Below are positions 24,379 through 33,551 of a stretch of DNA of 64,000 nt, one piece after another. The translations under genes and the position numbers were made by a program. The DNA is taken from NCBI GenBank assembly GCA_964539505.1, contig CAZIJS010000002.1, positions 3,313 through 67,312 on the forward strand. Reading direction: 5' to 3'. The stretch comes from an uncultured Myxococcales bacterium (GTDB lineage Bacteria; Myxococcota_A; Polyangia; HGW-17; SLPX01). The notes under the pieces are model-generated. The model was not told the origin of the DNA and made no database searches. It worked only from the letters and a program-made list of their open reading frames with translations. Numbering within the stretch: the first letter of the stretch is position 1; the number at the start of each line of letters is the position of its first letter.

Positions 24379-25671
24379 ATGAGACTGAAACGTATAAATT
24401 GGCGCTTTGCTAGACGCAGGGATGGTTTGTCTGCTTCGTCTTCCTCGACGAGTCGAGGGAAAGAAGCGAAAGGGGACGAAAAATTGGTTCATCGTATGGG
24501 CTCAGACGAGTTTTCTCGAGACCCGTTCGCCCCGAGGGCCAAGGCGCTGTTTCTGTCACGTCTCGTGTTCGATGGGCTTGGTTTGGCCGTGATCCTGGTG
24601 CCGGCCTGGAGTAAGGCTCTCGGTTTGGCAGTGCCCACGGCGCTGGGTGCGTACCTCTTTTTGCTGTCTGGGCACACGGTTTCCTACCTTGCCATCTCCA
24701 CGAGGGCTGCAAAGCCGCTGACTTTCCTGTCTCTCTGTTTCGACCTTCTGGCGCTCATGTTCCTGGGGATCAGAACTGGTGGACTGCACAGTCCTCTCAT
24801 GCAAGGACAGCTCGTCTACACGGTGTTCTTTGCTCTTTTGTATCCTTCACCTCTGGCCATCCTGCCGCCCTTGCTCGTCTTGCCCATCATGACCAAGGTT
24901 CAGCAATTGCTGGGCATGGAAGTGGTCCCCAGAGACTTGTTGCTCCTCCTGTGGAGTGCTGTCTTGAATTCGATCGTGGTCGTGGTGGTGGTCTACCTGG
25001 ACAGAAAACGCGAAGGATATCTTACCGAACTCCTTGATCTCCAGGCAGAACGCAGGAAAGCTGCGGTGGAGGCAGAGCGGAATCGTATCGCGAGAGAACT
25101 CCACGACGGGCTGGGTGCGGTGTTGTCTGGTATCTTGTTGGAGATAGAATATCTCAGGACCAAGGTGGGTGGGCAGGGAGTGGACGCAGAACTCGACGAA
25201 ATCGAGGAAACGGCCTCAGAGGGCATGGCGGAGATGAGGGGGGCCGTGGCCATGATGCGTCGTGGCGGAGATTTGGCCTCGATTTTGGAAGACTATGCGC
25301 GATCCTGGTCGCAGCGCACTAAGGTCGATGTGCTCCTGGAGACTGTCGGATGGTCCGAGGATGTGCAGGCAGACGTGGGCTGGTGTCTGTTTCGCGTATT
25401 TCAAGAGGCCTTGACCAACGTGGGGAAACATGCTGGTGCATCGCGTATCCAGGTGCGCCTCGAACTGCTCGAAACACAAATCCGGCTCATGGTTTCGGAC
25501 GACGGTGAGGGGTTCGACCCCGATGCTGTTTCTCCTGGAAGATATGGCCTCGATGGGATGCGTCGTCGTTTGGAGAGTTGCGGCGGGCGGTTGGATATCA
25601 CCTCAAGCCCTGGTGGTGGGACGACCTTGGAAGCCGTCGTCTCGCCGGGCTCGCACGTCCATGTTTTGTAG
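24379..25671 (+). CDS. sensor histidine kinase, HisKA_3 (NarL/DegS) type, multi-TM sensor
   Basis: Four or five TM helices. H-box ARELHDGLGAVLSG. HATPase TNVGKHAGASRIQV and DDGEGFD. Start uncertain (24379 or 24496). Confidence 0.8.
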   Translation: MRLKRINWRFARRRDGLSASSSSTSRGKEAKGDEKLVHRMGSDEFSRDPFAPRAKALFLSRLVFDGLGLAVILVPAWSKALGLAVPTALGAYLFLLSGHTVSYLAISTRAAKPLTFLSLCFDLLALMFLGIRTGGLHSPLMQGQLVYTVFFALLYPSPLAILPPLLVLPIMTKVQQLLGMEVVPRDLLLLLWSAVLNSIVVVVVVYLDRKREGYLTELLDLQAERRKAAVEAERNRIARELHDGLGAVLSGILLEIEYLRTKVGGQGVDAELDEIEETASEGMAEMRGAVAMMRRGGDLASILEDYARSWSQRTKVDVLLETVGWSEDVQADVGWCLFRVFQEALTNVGKHAGASRIQVRLELLETQIRLMVSDDGEGFDPDAVSPGRYGLDGMRRRLESCGGRLDITSSPGGGTTLEAVVSPGSHVHVL

Positions 25672-25767
25672 GGTAGTGCATGTGCTGGGAAGATCGGTGG
25701 AAGCCGTTGTCTCACCGGGCTGGCGTGTGCGTTGCCAGTGGGGGCGAGCAGGGGGCGGCGTCACGGG

Positions 25768-27084
25768 TTATCCCTCCTGTTCGATTTTGGAAAAGATGTC
25801 GTTGAGTCTTGCGTGGAGTGCTTGTTCGTCGGCTTCGCTCAGTGTCTGACCGGCGGTAAACATTAGTAAGAAGAGCAATTCGTTGAGAGCCTGGTAAAGA
25901 TAGTCGGATCGGTTTTGGACATCGAGAGTGTGGAGATTTTTCAGGAGTCTGTCTGCAGGGAGGCTGCCGTCATCGTTTGGTTCGATTCCGTCGAAAAGCC
26001 GATCGTAGGTGGATTCCCCATGGAAAAACGACGACAGGCCGGCCTGGAGTTGTTCGAGCTTGCCCCGAGTTGAGAGTTCAGTAAAAATCTTCTGGTAGAC
26101 GTCGTTGAACGTTTCGACCACTTCGGTCAGGGCTTGTCCTGAAGAAGTGGGTTTGAGTCCCCTGGCAGCGTCCGCCTGTTCCTTGATGTGCACATAACGA
26201 AGCTGAAGGAGATGAAACAGGATTTTGGTGGTCTCGAACTCCCCCAGGTGGCTCTCTCTGCCGATATCTTTGAGCGTCCTGTGTCCATCGACGAGGGAGT
26301 AGACGAGATGCTCTCGTTCCGAAAGATTGCGGGGCGGGACATCGGGCCTGATTTCCACGACGCTGTTTGAGGAGGGGAGTTTCTCCCTGAAGAAACTCAT
26401 CTCGTCGATTCTACGGACTCCTTCCATAAGCAAGTTGTGAGTGCTCAGGTTCAGCGAGCCGGAAAACACACTTTCGTCCTTGAGCGTGTAGAAATAAAAC
26501 ATGCCTTTGCGCATGAGGAGGAGACTGTAGAAAATGTCTTCTATTTGTCTGCGGATGGCCTGGTAGAGTTTGTGTACGGTGAGTACGCCCTGGTCCACCA
26601 GCACTTGTCCCAGTTTGCGGGCGCCGGAGTCGGCCAGTGCAATTTCCAGTTGCGCCTGGGACACGATACCGTATCGAAAGAGCACGGCGCCGAGCCGATC
26701 TTCTTTTTGGTTGGACACTGCCATCCGGACGTCCCCCCTGCGAAAATAGAGGCTCTTTTTGACATCGTCGGACAAAACGACCAAGACACCGGTTTTTTGA
26801 TTGCCGAACACGAAGTTGATGATGTCGATCATGTCCGTGGGCCCATGGACCATCCCGGTGATGGCCACGGATCCGATCCTGCCCAGACTGCTGTCCGATT
26901 CCTTTCTGTCTGTGAGAGGCCCGGTCCGTTGCAGCACGAGGAGTTCGTCGGGTGTGGGCACCACCAACCAGGAACCGGCGCGGGTGGACATGTGCTTCCT
27001 GGCCCGTTTCCCCTTCGGGACCATGCGGCCCTTTTCATCGACGATGGCCAGCCAGGACGGCGGGCCTTTTTCCTTGCGATTCAT
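25768..27084 (-). CDS. hypothetical protein, DUF4388-like
   Basis: 438-aa ORF with a tandem G-L/V-x-x-L pattern (GQVLVDQGVLTVHKLYQAI) reminiscent of DUF4388. No catalytic motif. Confidence 0.5.
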   Translation of the reverse strand: MNRKEKGPPSWLAIVDEKGRMVPKGKRARKHMSTRAGSWLVVPTPDELLVLQRTGPLTDRKESDSSLGRIGSVAITGMVHGPTDMIDIINFVFGNQKTGVLVVLSDDVKKSLYFRRGDVRMAVSNQKEDRLGAVLFRYGIVSQAQLEIALADSGARKLGQVLVDQGVLTVHKLYQAIRRQIEDIFYSLLLMRKGMFYFYTLKDESVFSGSLNLSTHNLLMEGVRRIDEMSFFREKLPSSNSVVEIRPDVPPRNLSEREHLVYSLVDGHRTLKDIGRESHLGEFETTKILFHLLQLRYVHIKEQADAARGLKPTSSGQALTEVVETFNDVYQKIFTELSTRGKLEQLQAGLSSFFHGESTYDRLFDGIEPNDDGSLPADRLLKNLHTLDVQNRSDYLYQALNELLFLLMFTAGQTLSEADEQALHARLNDIFSKIEQEG

Positions 27085-27214
27085 CGGACACCTCGCGATG
27101 CGTCGGCCAAAACGGGGTCATGATATCATAGGCTCGTTTTGTTCGCACGAAATCGACCAAGGGCATCTTTTCGAGCCTGCTGACGTTGTTTGGGCCGTTA
27201 CGGCCGCAACATGG

Positions 27215-27649
27215 TCAGTGAATCCGGCCTGAGCGCAAAAAGGTATCGACATGTTCTTCATTGTTTTCAAACCCTAAGAATTTCAAGCCCATTCCTACGA
27301 GTCGCTTCACCGCCGACCGTCCGGAATAGCTCAGAAAGTAGTGGTTCTTGACAACGGCTCGGGCCACGATTTCTCCCTGGCCGTCCTGCATGAGGAAATG
27401 GACCTGGACGCGCGCGCCCAGGGGGAGCACGTCGCGGCATTCGATGAAAATTCCGTTTTTGGATATGTTCCGGGCAATGCAGCGCTGCTCTCCGAACTCT
27501 TCACTGGTGAGGAGAACAGTGAACAAGGCATCGAAGCGAAGTTCAGTTGGTTGGGCATAGGATTCGACTCGGCGGTCCATGGGCCACCTCCAGAATGGCT
27601 TGGCTCTGTCTGCGACAGACCGAGGGATGATGGGGAAGCGTTGTTTCAT
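27215..27649 (-). CDS. PilZ domain protein
   Basis: RxxxR, then ARNISKNGIFIECRDVLPLGARVQVHF, then GMGLKFLGF, a PilZ-like c-di-GMP binding signature. No Shine-Dalgarno sequence before the ATG. Confidence 0.6.
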   Translation of the reverse strand: MKQRFPIIPRSVADRAKPFWRWPMDRRVESYAQPTELRFDALFTVLLTSEEFGEQRCIARNISKNGIFIECRDVLPLGARVQVHFLMQDGQGEIVARAVVKNHYFLSYSGRSAVKRLVGMGLKFLGFENNEEHVDTFLRSGRIH

Positions 27650-27701
27650 GGTGAAATAGTACCAGGGTGTGTCAATATAGTCAAAAAACCTACAATGTAG
27701 G
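27650..27701 (-). promoter_or_regulatory. candidate sigma70-like promoter (TTGACT, 17 nt, TACTAT) about 6 nt from the PilZ ATG, flanked upstream by palindrome CCTACAaTGTAGG plus T5
   Basis: Read on the minus strand: cctacattgtagg, ttttt, TTGACT, atattgacacaccctgg, TACTAT, ttcacc, ATG. This suggests a leaderless or near-leaderless transcript. Confidence 0.25.
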
Positions 27702-27857
27702 ATAAGGTAAGACACGTCTTGTCTGCAGGGACTCTTCATCGGATCCTGCAAAACAACCGCAATTTTGAGGCCATACGGTTTTCAGCACGACGACTTTGGT
27801 CCTCTGCGGACAGGGCTTGTCGCCGCGCAGGGGCCATTTCGCAAGTCGTCGAGGAGG

Positions 27858-27878
27858 ATTGTCACGTGGATTGACAAT
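27858..27878. promoter_or_regulatory. perfect 7-7-7 palindrome ATTGTCAcgtggatTGACAAT
   Basis: Lies in the 340-bp intergenic region about 210 nt upstream of the PilZ gene. Contains a CACGTG core. Confidence 0.2.
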
Positions 27879-27989
27879 GTTTTTGTGAGTTTCTCATGTC
27901 TAGAAAGCGCCTGCAGGTGGCTGACATTCCTTTTCGTAGTGGATGGCTGATGTCGTACAGAGGGCGACAGTTGGGTTGGAAGCAATCGG

Positions 27990-28949
27990 TCAAAAGGACC
28001 AGGCGGTGGTGAGCCCGACAGTTCCCGGTCCGACAATGGGAAGGATGGAAGCCTGTGATTTTCCTTTCGATGGCTTGTGTCGTTCCAGGAGATAGAAAAC
28101 GAGGCTCGTGGCAGCCAGCCCCCCGGCCAGGCCGAAAGAGATGTCGGCGGCCAATGCCAGGTGCTTGGCGTTGGAGCGGATTTGTTTGTATGTCGTCAAA
28201 TACCCAGCTTGGAGGCTGTCGTTGGCATCGTTGGCGCGGATGAGAGCCGCCACGCCGAGGCCGGTGGCCAGGGCCAGGAGCGCTCCGGCGGATCCAAGCG
28301 TGACCCATGTCGTGAGATACCGAGTCTTGCCATGGCTTCGGGTGCGCTTGACATTCTGTCGGGGCCGTCGCCGGACCGTGAGAGGGAGGCGGAGTTGTTG
28401 GCCTTGGGCCAGTGCCACGGCAGCATGGAACAATTCGTCCCCATGGAAATGGATGGACACTTGGTGGCTTCCTGGGCTGGTCCGGATCGCCCCATCAGGC
28501 CCTGGGACGGTGGTCTTGCCGTCCACCATGATCCTGGCGCCCTTGGGCAGCTTGCCAACGAGGAGAATGGACGTGGCCGCAAGTCGAGCCTGAAGTGCCC
28601 GAATCTGCATGGTCACTTCGCTTCGGTTCGGTGCATTCGGCTGGGATGCGAGATACTTTTTTCGGTAGTAAATAGCCTCTTTCAGGTTGCCGAGTCGCTC
28701 GTAGCACTGTGCCATGTTGAAAAGGAGTGCGGCCTTCTTGGAGAGCTGATACGATGTCTCGAATTCTTTGAGTGCCGCCCTGTATCGGCCTTGGCGGTAC
28801 TGGGCCGCTCCAACCTCGAAATGGGCCTTTGCGAGCTTGATGGCTTCGTTGTCTCCTCGTCCTTCCCGTTCGAATGAGACGAGCACCGACAGGAAGGCGG
28901 TCACGAAGAGGATCCCGGCTGGCAACCGAGAAGATCGCACGATGTTCAT
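27990..28949 (-). CDS. TPR repeat protein with signal peptide and C-terminal TM segments
   Basis: Signal (MNIVRSSRLPAGILFVTAFLSVLVS). TPR-like AQYRQGRYRAALKEFETSY and NMAQCYERLGNLKEAIYY. Two C-terminal hydrophobic helices. Confidence 0.65.
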   Translation of the reverse strand: MNIVRSSRLPAGILFVTAFLSVLVSFEREGRGDNEAIKLAKAHFEVGAAQYRQGRYRAALKEFETSYQLSKKAALLFNMAQCYERLGNLKEAIYYRKKYLASQPNAPNRSEVTMQIRALQARLAATSILLVGKLPKGARIMVDGKTTVPGPDGAIRTSPGSHQVSIHFHGDELFHAAVALAQGQQLRLPLTVRRRPRQNVKRTRSHGKTRYLTTWVTLGSAGALLALATGLGVAALIRANDANDSLQAGYLTTYKQIRSNAKHLALAADISFGLAGGLAATSLVFYLLERHKPSKGKSQASILPIVGPGTVGLTTAWSF

Positions 28950-29376
28950 GGCTTCTCCATCGAGGGCAAGGGCATCAGCGGCATCCTTCGCTCCCTCGGT
29001 TTCGAGACTCTTGGGGCCGACGGCGGCCTTTTGTCTTCTTTGCGCGGCCTGTCTGCCTTGCCTGGTCTGGCTCGATACTAGCCACATTCCAGGGGGGGTT
29101 GTCAAATCTCGTTTGCTTCTTCTTTATAGGTGTTGAATCGAAGGTCCGATGGATATCCCGGATTCGAATCCCTGATCGTCGAAAGAGACGCTGGCGCGCG
29201 CTGCTGCCCCAGGAAGGCTCGGCAAAAAAACGCCGGATACGACGGCCGATTTGATGCTCTGCAACGTTTCCTGCTTGACCAAATTTGCATTTTACGAGAT
29301 AAAGTAAAGTTACGAAGAGACGAAAAATGCGTGCCGACACCAGGTATGCAAAAGTCAGCCGACGGAGGGGATTGTC

Positions 29377-29739
29377 GTGAGAAAAAGAGATCTCAAAAGG
29401 TTCAAAAAAATCCTCACGGAAAAGCGAATGGCCCTGCTCAGGAAGGCGAGGGCCACATTCGACGAGGATATGACCCTTGATAAAAACGAACTGCCCGACG
29501 AAATGGACCTTGCCGCCACCGAGTATCTGCATTCGTTTACTTTTCGATTGAGGGGGCGGGAGAAGACGTTCCTCAAAAAGATTGATTTGGCGTTGAAGAA
29601 AATCGATGAAGGAACGTTTGGTGTCTGTGAGGAATGTGGTGAGCCCATCGCGGTGAAACGTCTCGAAGCCAGACCGGAGACCACGATGTGCATCCGGTGC
29701 AAAGAGGAACAGGAAAACCGGGAAAAGGCATACGGCTGA
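29377..29739 (+). CDS. DksA/TraR family C4-type zinc finger protein
   Basis: GGAGGGG RBS, GTG start. C-terminal CEECGEPI and CIRC (C4 finger) after a coiled-coil N-terminus. Confidence 0.75.
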   Translation: MRKRDLKRFKKILTEKRMALLRKARATFDEDMTLDKNELPDEMDLAATEYLHSFTFRLRGREKTFLKKIDLALKKIDEGTFGVCEECGEPIAVKRLEARPETTMCIRCKEEQENREKAYG

Positions 29740-30350
29740 GTTCCCTGTCGCGTTGAATCGATTCGCTCATCGTGCCTGCGGATTTTGAGCGGTTATTCGT
29801 TGTTCATGATGGCTCCAGAAAATCATCCAGATATCGTCGTGACGTCGCGGGTCAATCTCCTCGACCTGGTTCGCAAACGCTGTCCCGGCTGTCCTCAAGT
29901 AGTGGTTCCTCCAGGGGCCGGACAGGAAGCAGATATCTGGCGATGCAAGGTGGTGGCCGGCCGACACTGTGTCACGGTGGTGGGTACCAGTCGTTGTGTC
30001 AGGGCGCCGGCTGCTGGGGCTCCAAGTGGGCAGGGCGCCGGCGAAATCTGAGAGTTCCTCCTGCTTGCGTTCTTTTGGGATCCCGGGGGCCGTAAGGCCC
30101 TCGATGGGCCGGTCATCGATTGTGTCTCTTCATGGACCGGTGCACGTGACGCATCGGAATGGCTGAACCGAGTGATATCGGTTCTCGGTGCGGCCACCTC
30201 GTGGTTCCTGCTGTTTGCTTTGTTGAAAAGAAAGACGACCCCCGGTATAGTTTTGGGGCTCGTTTGGGCGAAAGGCGCAAAGCCTCAGATAGGCTTGGTC
30301 GTTGATGTGGCGGCTGGGAGGCCGGGGAAATCTCCAAGGAGGGTTGTCGT

Positions 30351-30707
30351 ATGGCAGGCGAGAAAACAAAGGCCGGGCCAGTCGGTCTGGTGGGATTTGT
30401 GGCCGTGGTCTTGGCTCTGACAGTGATGTTTCTCGTGAAGTACACATTCAATGGTCCGGGCCTGTCGGTCACCTGGCCGCTTTTTTTCCTGGCCGTCGCT
30501 CTGTGGGCATTCGTTGCCAAATACTGGGAGTTGGCGATCGGTCTGGGTGGCATTTTTGGTGTCTGGTTGGCGGCGAATCTCGGAGCATTCTCTCTGAAAA
30601 AAGCCTGGCCTTTCTGGTTGTTGTTCGTGATCTTGGCTGCCCTGGTCGGCTACTTGAGGGCCAAGGGCCGACAGGGGCCGGGGCCGAAGTCCAAGGTGCG
30701 GGATTGA
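30351..30707 (+). CDS. small 4-TM membrane protein
   Basis: GGAGGG RBS. Four predicted TM helices. Basic C-terminus. Confidence 0.5.
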   Translation: MAGEKTKAGPVGLVGFVAVVLALTVMFLVKYTFNGPGLSVTWPLFFLAVALWAFVAKYWELAIGLGGIFGVWLAANLGAFSLKKAWPFWLLFVILAALVGYLRAKGRQGPGPKSKVRD

Positions 30708-30776
30708 CGGCTGGATCTGCGACGACAGGGTCGTCGCGGCTCGGGCTGGCACGTTGCTTGTTACGAGGAGGTCTCT

Positions 30777-31280
30777 ATGGCGATACTTGATTATCTCATC
30801 CCGGGCTATAAGGGATATCGACTCCGACAGGAAAGTCGCGAGACCGACAAAGCCCTTCGAGACTATATTTCCAAGCTGCTTGCTCAGGATCATCAGCGAC
30901 TCGAGGACATCAAGGTGCAGCTCACGGGGAGCGGGAACCTGGCGGCCTTGAATCCCGCGGACCAATGCACCAAGGTGCTCACCAAGGTCCGAGATCGCCT
31001 GAGGTTTGCAAACTATGGGTTTTCCGCGCTGTTCGAGAAGGGCCAGGCCAAAGTGGATCATGAACGTCTCGAGCGTGTCGAACAGTTCGACAAGGAACTC
31101 GTCGAACAGCGAGAACGGCTCGCGGCACAGATCGAAGAGGTTCAGAAAGTCCTGGACGAGGGAGGCAATGTGGCCGCTCAGTTTCGTCAACTCATGGGCA
31201 CGATCCGAGGGATGGACCAGCACCTCGATGCGAGGGAACAGATTATCAGAGGCAACGAACCTGGCCCCCAGGGCGGTTGA
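30777..31280 (+). CDS. coiled-coil hypothetical protein
   Basis: GAGGAGG RBS. Heptad-rich sequence. No recognisable domain. Confidence 0.5.
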   Translation: MAILDYLIPGYKGYRLRQESRETDKALRDYISKLLAQDHQRLEDIKVQLTGSGNLAALNPADQCTKVLTKVRDRLRFANYGFSALFEKGQAKVDHERLERVEQFDKELVEQRERLAAQIEEVQKVLDEGGNVAAQFRQLMGTIRGMDQHLDAREQIIRGNEPGPQGG

Positions 31281-31342
31281 AGTCTCCGAGACAGCAGCGG
31301 TTTTTTCTGGACAGGCCGGCATTGTAGAGAAGGAGGCCTTGT

Positions 31343-32659
31343 ATGGCACTCATTGAAGTCATCGACGTACAGGATTCGACAGGCGACAATATCGTTTTGC
31401 GGTTTCCCGAGCATGGAGATGCCGACATCAAGCTCGGCGCACAGTTGGTGGTGCGCGAGAGTCAGGTCGCCATTTTCTACCGCGGCGGCCAGGCCCTCGA
31501 TATCTTTGGTCCCGGGCGTCACACGCTCAGCACTGCGAACCTGCCACTGCTCAACCGCATCATCAATCTTCCTTTCGGCGGAGAGACGCCGTTCAAAGCA
31601 GAAGTCTACTTTGTCTCCACTAAGACGTTCATCAATAAGAAGTGGGGCACCAAGGAGCCCTTGCCGTTTCGGGACCAGGTGCTCAAGGTGGTGCGGCTCC
31701 GATCCTTTGGAATCATGAGTTACAAAGTGGTCGACCCCCAGTTGTTCGTCAACAAAGTCGTGGGGACCGAAGGGCGCTTCAATACCGATCAGATCAATGA
31801 TTTTTTGCGCAACGTGGTGGTGGGCCGTCTCATGGACGTCCTTGGGGAGAATCTCAAGACGTTGCTGGACCTGGCGGCACTCTACGACGAAATCGGAATT
31901 GCGACCAAGGCCAGGACTGCGGATGATTTCGCCAAGTACGGTCTGGAACTCGAAGACCTCATCGTCAACGCCATCAGCCCTCCCCCGGAGGTCCAAAAGA
32001 AGATCGACGAGCGCTCTGGTATGGGCCTTTTCGAAGACAACATGGCAGGGTTCCAGCAATACCAGATGGGCTATGCCATGCGGGACATGGCCCAGAACGA
32101 AGGTGGCAGCGGAAATATGGCCAATGCCGGTATGGGTATGGGCATGGGCCTTGGAATGGGATTCATGATGCCTGGAATGGTAGCCAATGCCATGCCTGGA
32201 ATGGCCCCGGGATATCCCCCAGGGTATCGTCCCGCGCCTGGTGCTCCTCCGCCGGGACAACCTCCGGCCGGCTATCCGGGACAGATGCCGGGAGGGTACC
32301 CGCCGCCGGCAGGTGGGCAGGCCCCGCCCCAGATGGGGGCGGCTGCTGCCGGTGCCGCTGCCGGTGCGGCGGTAGGAGCCGGCGCTGCACCACAGGCTCG
32401 GGCAGGCCAGGCGCCTTGCACCAAGTGTGGTCAGCCGGTGCCGACCAATTTCAAGTTCTGTCCCTCCTGTGGTACCCCGGTCTCTCCGCCCCAGCCCGAG
32501 GTCGTCTGTGCCAAGTGTGGGGCCAAGGCAGCCGCTGGCAGTAAGTTCTGTCCCTCCTGCGGTGCTCCGATGCTTCAGGATCAGACCTGCCCGAAGTGCG
32601 GGGTCAAGGTACCGGCCGGCAGCAAGTTTTGTCCTTCTTGTGGTCAGCAAATTTCATGA
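31343..32659 (+). CDS. SPFH (stomatin/prohibitin-like, COG4260-type) protein with Gly/Pro/Met-rich linker and three C-terminal zinc ribbons
   Basis: AAGGAGG RBS. The N-terminal 230 aa are SPFH-like. Then a GMGMGMGLGMG and PPG low-complexity region. Then three C-x-K-C-G-x(8-10)-KFCPSCG repeats. Confidence 0.75.
   Translation: MALIEVIDVQDSTGDNIVLRFPEHGDADIKLGAQLVVRESQVAIFYRGGQALDIFGPGRHTLSTANLPLLNRIINLPFGGETPFKAEVYFVSTKTFINKKWGTKEPLPFRDQVLKVVRLRSFGIMSYKVVDPQLFVNKVVGTEGRFNTDQINDFLRNVVVGRLMDVLGENLKTLLDLAALYDEIGIATKARTADDFAKYGLELEDLIVNAISPPPEVQKKIDERSGMGLFEDNMAGFQQYQMGYAMRDMAQNEGGSGNMANAGMGMGMGLGMGFMMPGMVANAMPGMAPGYPPGYRPAPGAPPPGQPPAGYPGQMPGGYPPPAGGQAPPQMGAAAAGAAAGAAVGAGAAPQARAGQAPCTKCGQPVPTNFKFCPSCGTPVSPPQPEVVCAKCGAKAAAGSKFCPSCGAPMLQDQTCPKCGVKVPAGSKFCPSCGQQIS
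32407..32656 (+). repeat. three tandem zinc-ribbon coding repeats (~85 bp period)
   Basis: aagttctgtccctcctgtggt occurs at about 32452 and 32537, and aagttttgtccttcttgtggt at about 32623. Each is preceded by a ccaagtgtgg or ccgaagtgcgg CG motif. Confidence 0.75.
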
Positions 32660-32696
32660 GGCGCCCGGGGTTGTTCCGGGATGATGGGGCGCGACC

Positions 32697-33545
32697 ATGT
32701 GGGACATGATTCGGCGTCGATACGACGAGTGGCTGGATTCGAGACTCGACAAGGACTTCGTACAGAAGCTCCAGTCCATGCCCACGCGCCAGAACGAGTT
32801 TGGTTATGATCCTTTTGGATTCAATCGCGACGACGCCAAGATCGCGGTGCTCTTGAGTCGTTGGCTCTATCGGTATTACTTTCGGGTGCAAGTCTTTGGG
32901 ATCGACAATGTCCCACCTGGTCGGGTCCTGCTCATCGCCAATCATTCCGGGCAACTTCCCTTCGACGGTTGGGCGATTGCATCCTCGCTACTTTTCGATT
33001 TCGATCCACCCAGGCTGGTGCGATCGATGATCGAATTCTACGTGCCCAGCCTGCCATACGTGAGCTACGTTTTCATGCGTTGGGGCCAGGTGGTGGGCAC
33101 GGCCGAAAATTGCATTCGATTGCTCGACGATGACGAAGCGGTGCTCGTGTTCCCCGAAGGGGTACGGGGCATTGCCAAGCCTTTTTCCCAGCGCTATCGG
33201 CTCCAGAGTTTTGGCAGCGGATTTCTTCGATTGGCTCTGCAGACCAAGGCTCCCATCGTTCCAGTCGCAGTGATCGGCGCAGAGGAACAGGCACCTTCAT
33301 TCAATGTGGAGCCCCTGGCAAGGTTGTTCAAGGCACCTTCTTTTCCTATGATGCCGTTGCCCCCGTTTTTCCCCATCATGCCCCTGCCGGTGCGTTATCG
33401 GCTCCACTTCGGCAGCCCCATGCTGTTCGATGCCGATCCGGATATCGAGGAAGAGGAAATCGCGCCGATGGTTGCAGAAGTGCGATCAACGATCCAATCC
33501 TTGGTGCATCTGGGCCTCAAGGAACGAAAACACATTTTTTGGTGA
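32697..33545 (+). CDS. lysophospholipid (PlsC-like) acyltransferase
   Basis: IANHSGQLPFD (H-x-D block) and VFPEGVRG (FPEGTR block). Confidence 0.7.
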   Translation: MWDMIRRRYDEWLDSRLDKDFVQKLQSMPTRQNEFGYDPFGFNRDDAKIAVLLSRWLYRYYFRVQVFGIDNVPPGRVLLIANHSGQLPFDGWAIASSLLFDFDPPRLVRSMIEFYVPSLPYVSYVFMRWGQVVGTAENCIRLLDDDEAVLVFPEGVRGIAKPFSQRYRLQSFGSGFLRLALQTKAPIVPVAVIGAEEQAPSFNVEPLARLFKAPSFPMMPLPPFFPIMPLPVRYRLHFGSPMLFDADPDIEEEEIAPMVAEVRSTIQSLVHLGLKERKHIFW

Positions 33546-33551
33546 GGGGCC

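Noticed and set aside
27689-27706. cctacattgtagg plus T5 as an intrinsic terminator for the upstream TPR gene
   Set aside because: A 5-bp stem with 3-nt loop is too weak for a confident terminator. It was reported instead as part of the PilZ promoter region.
29785-30051. 88-aa ORF with CPGC, then C, then C spacing
   Set aside because: TTG start, no Shine-Dalgarno, and no recognisable family. Kept only as a weak possibility in findings.
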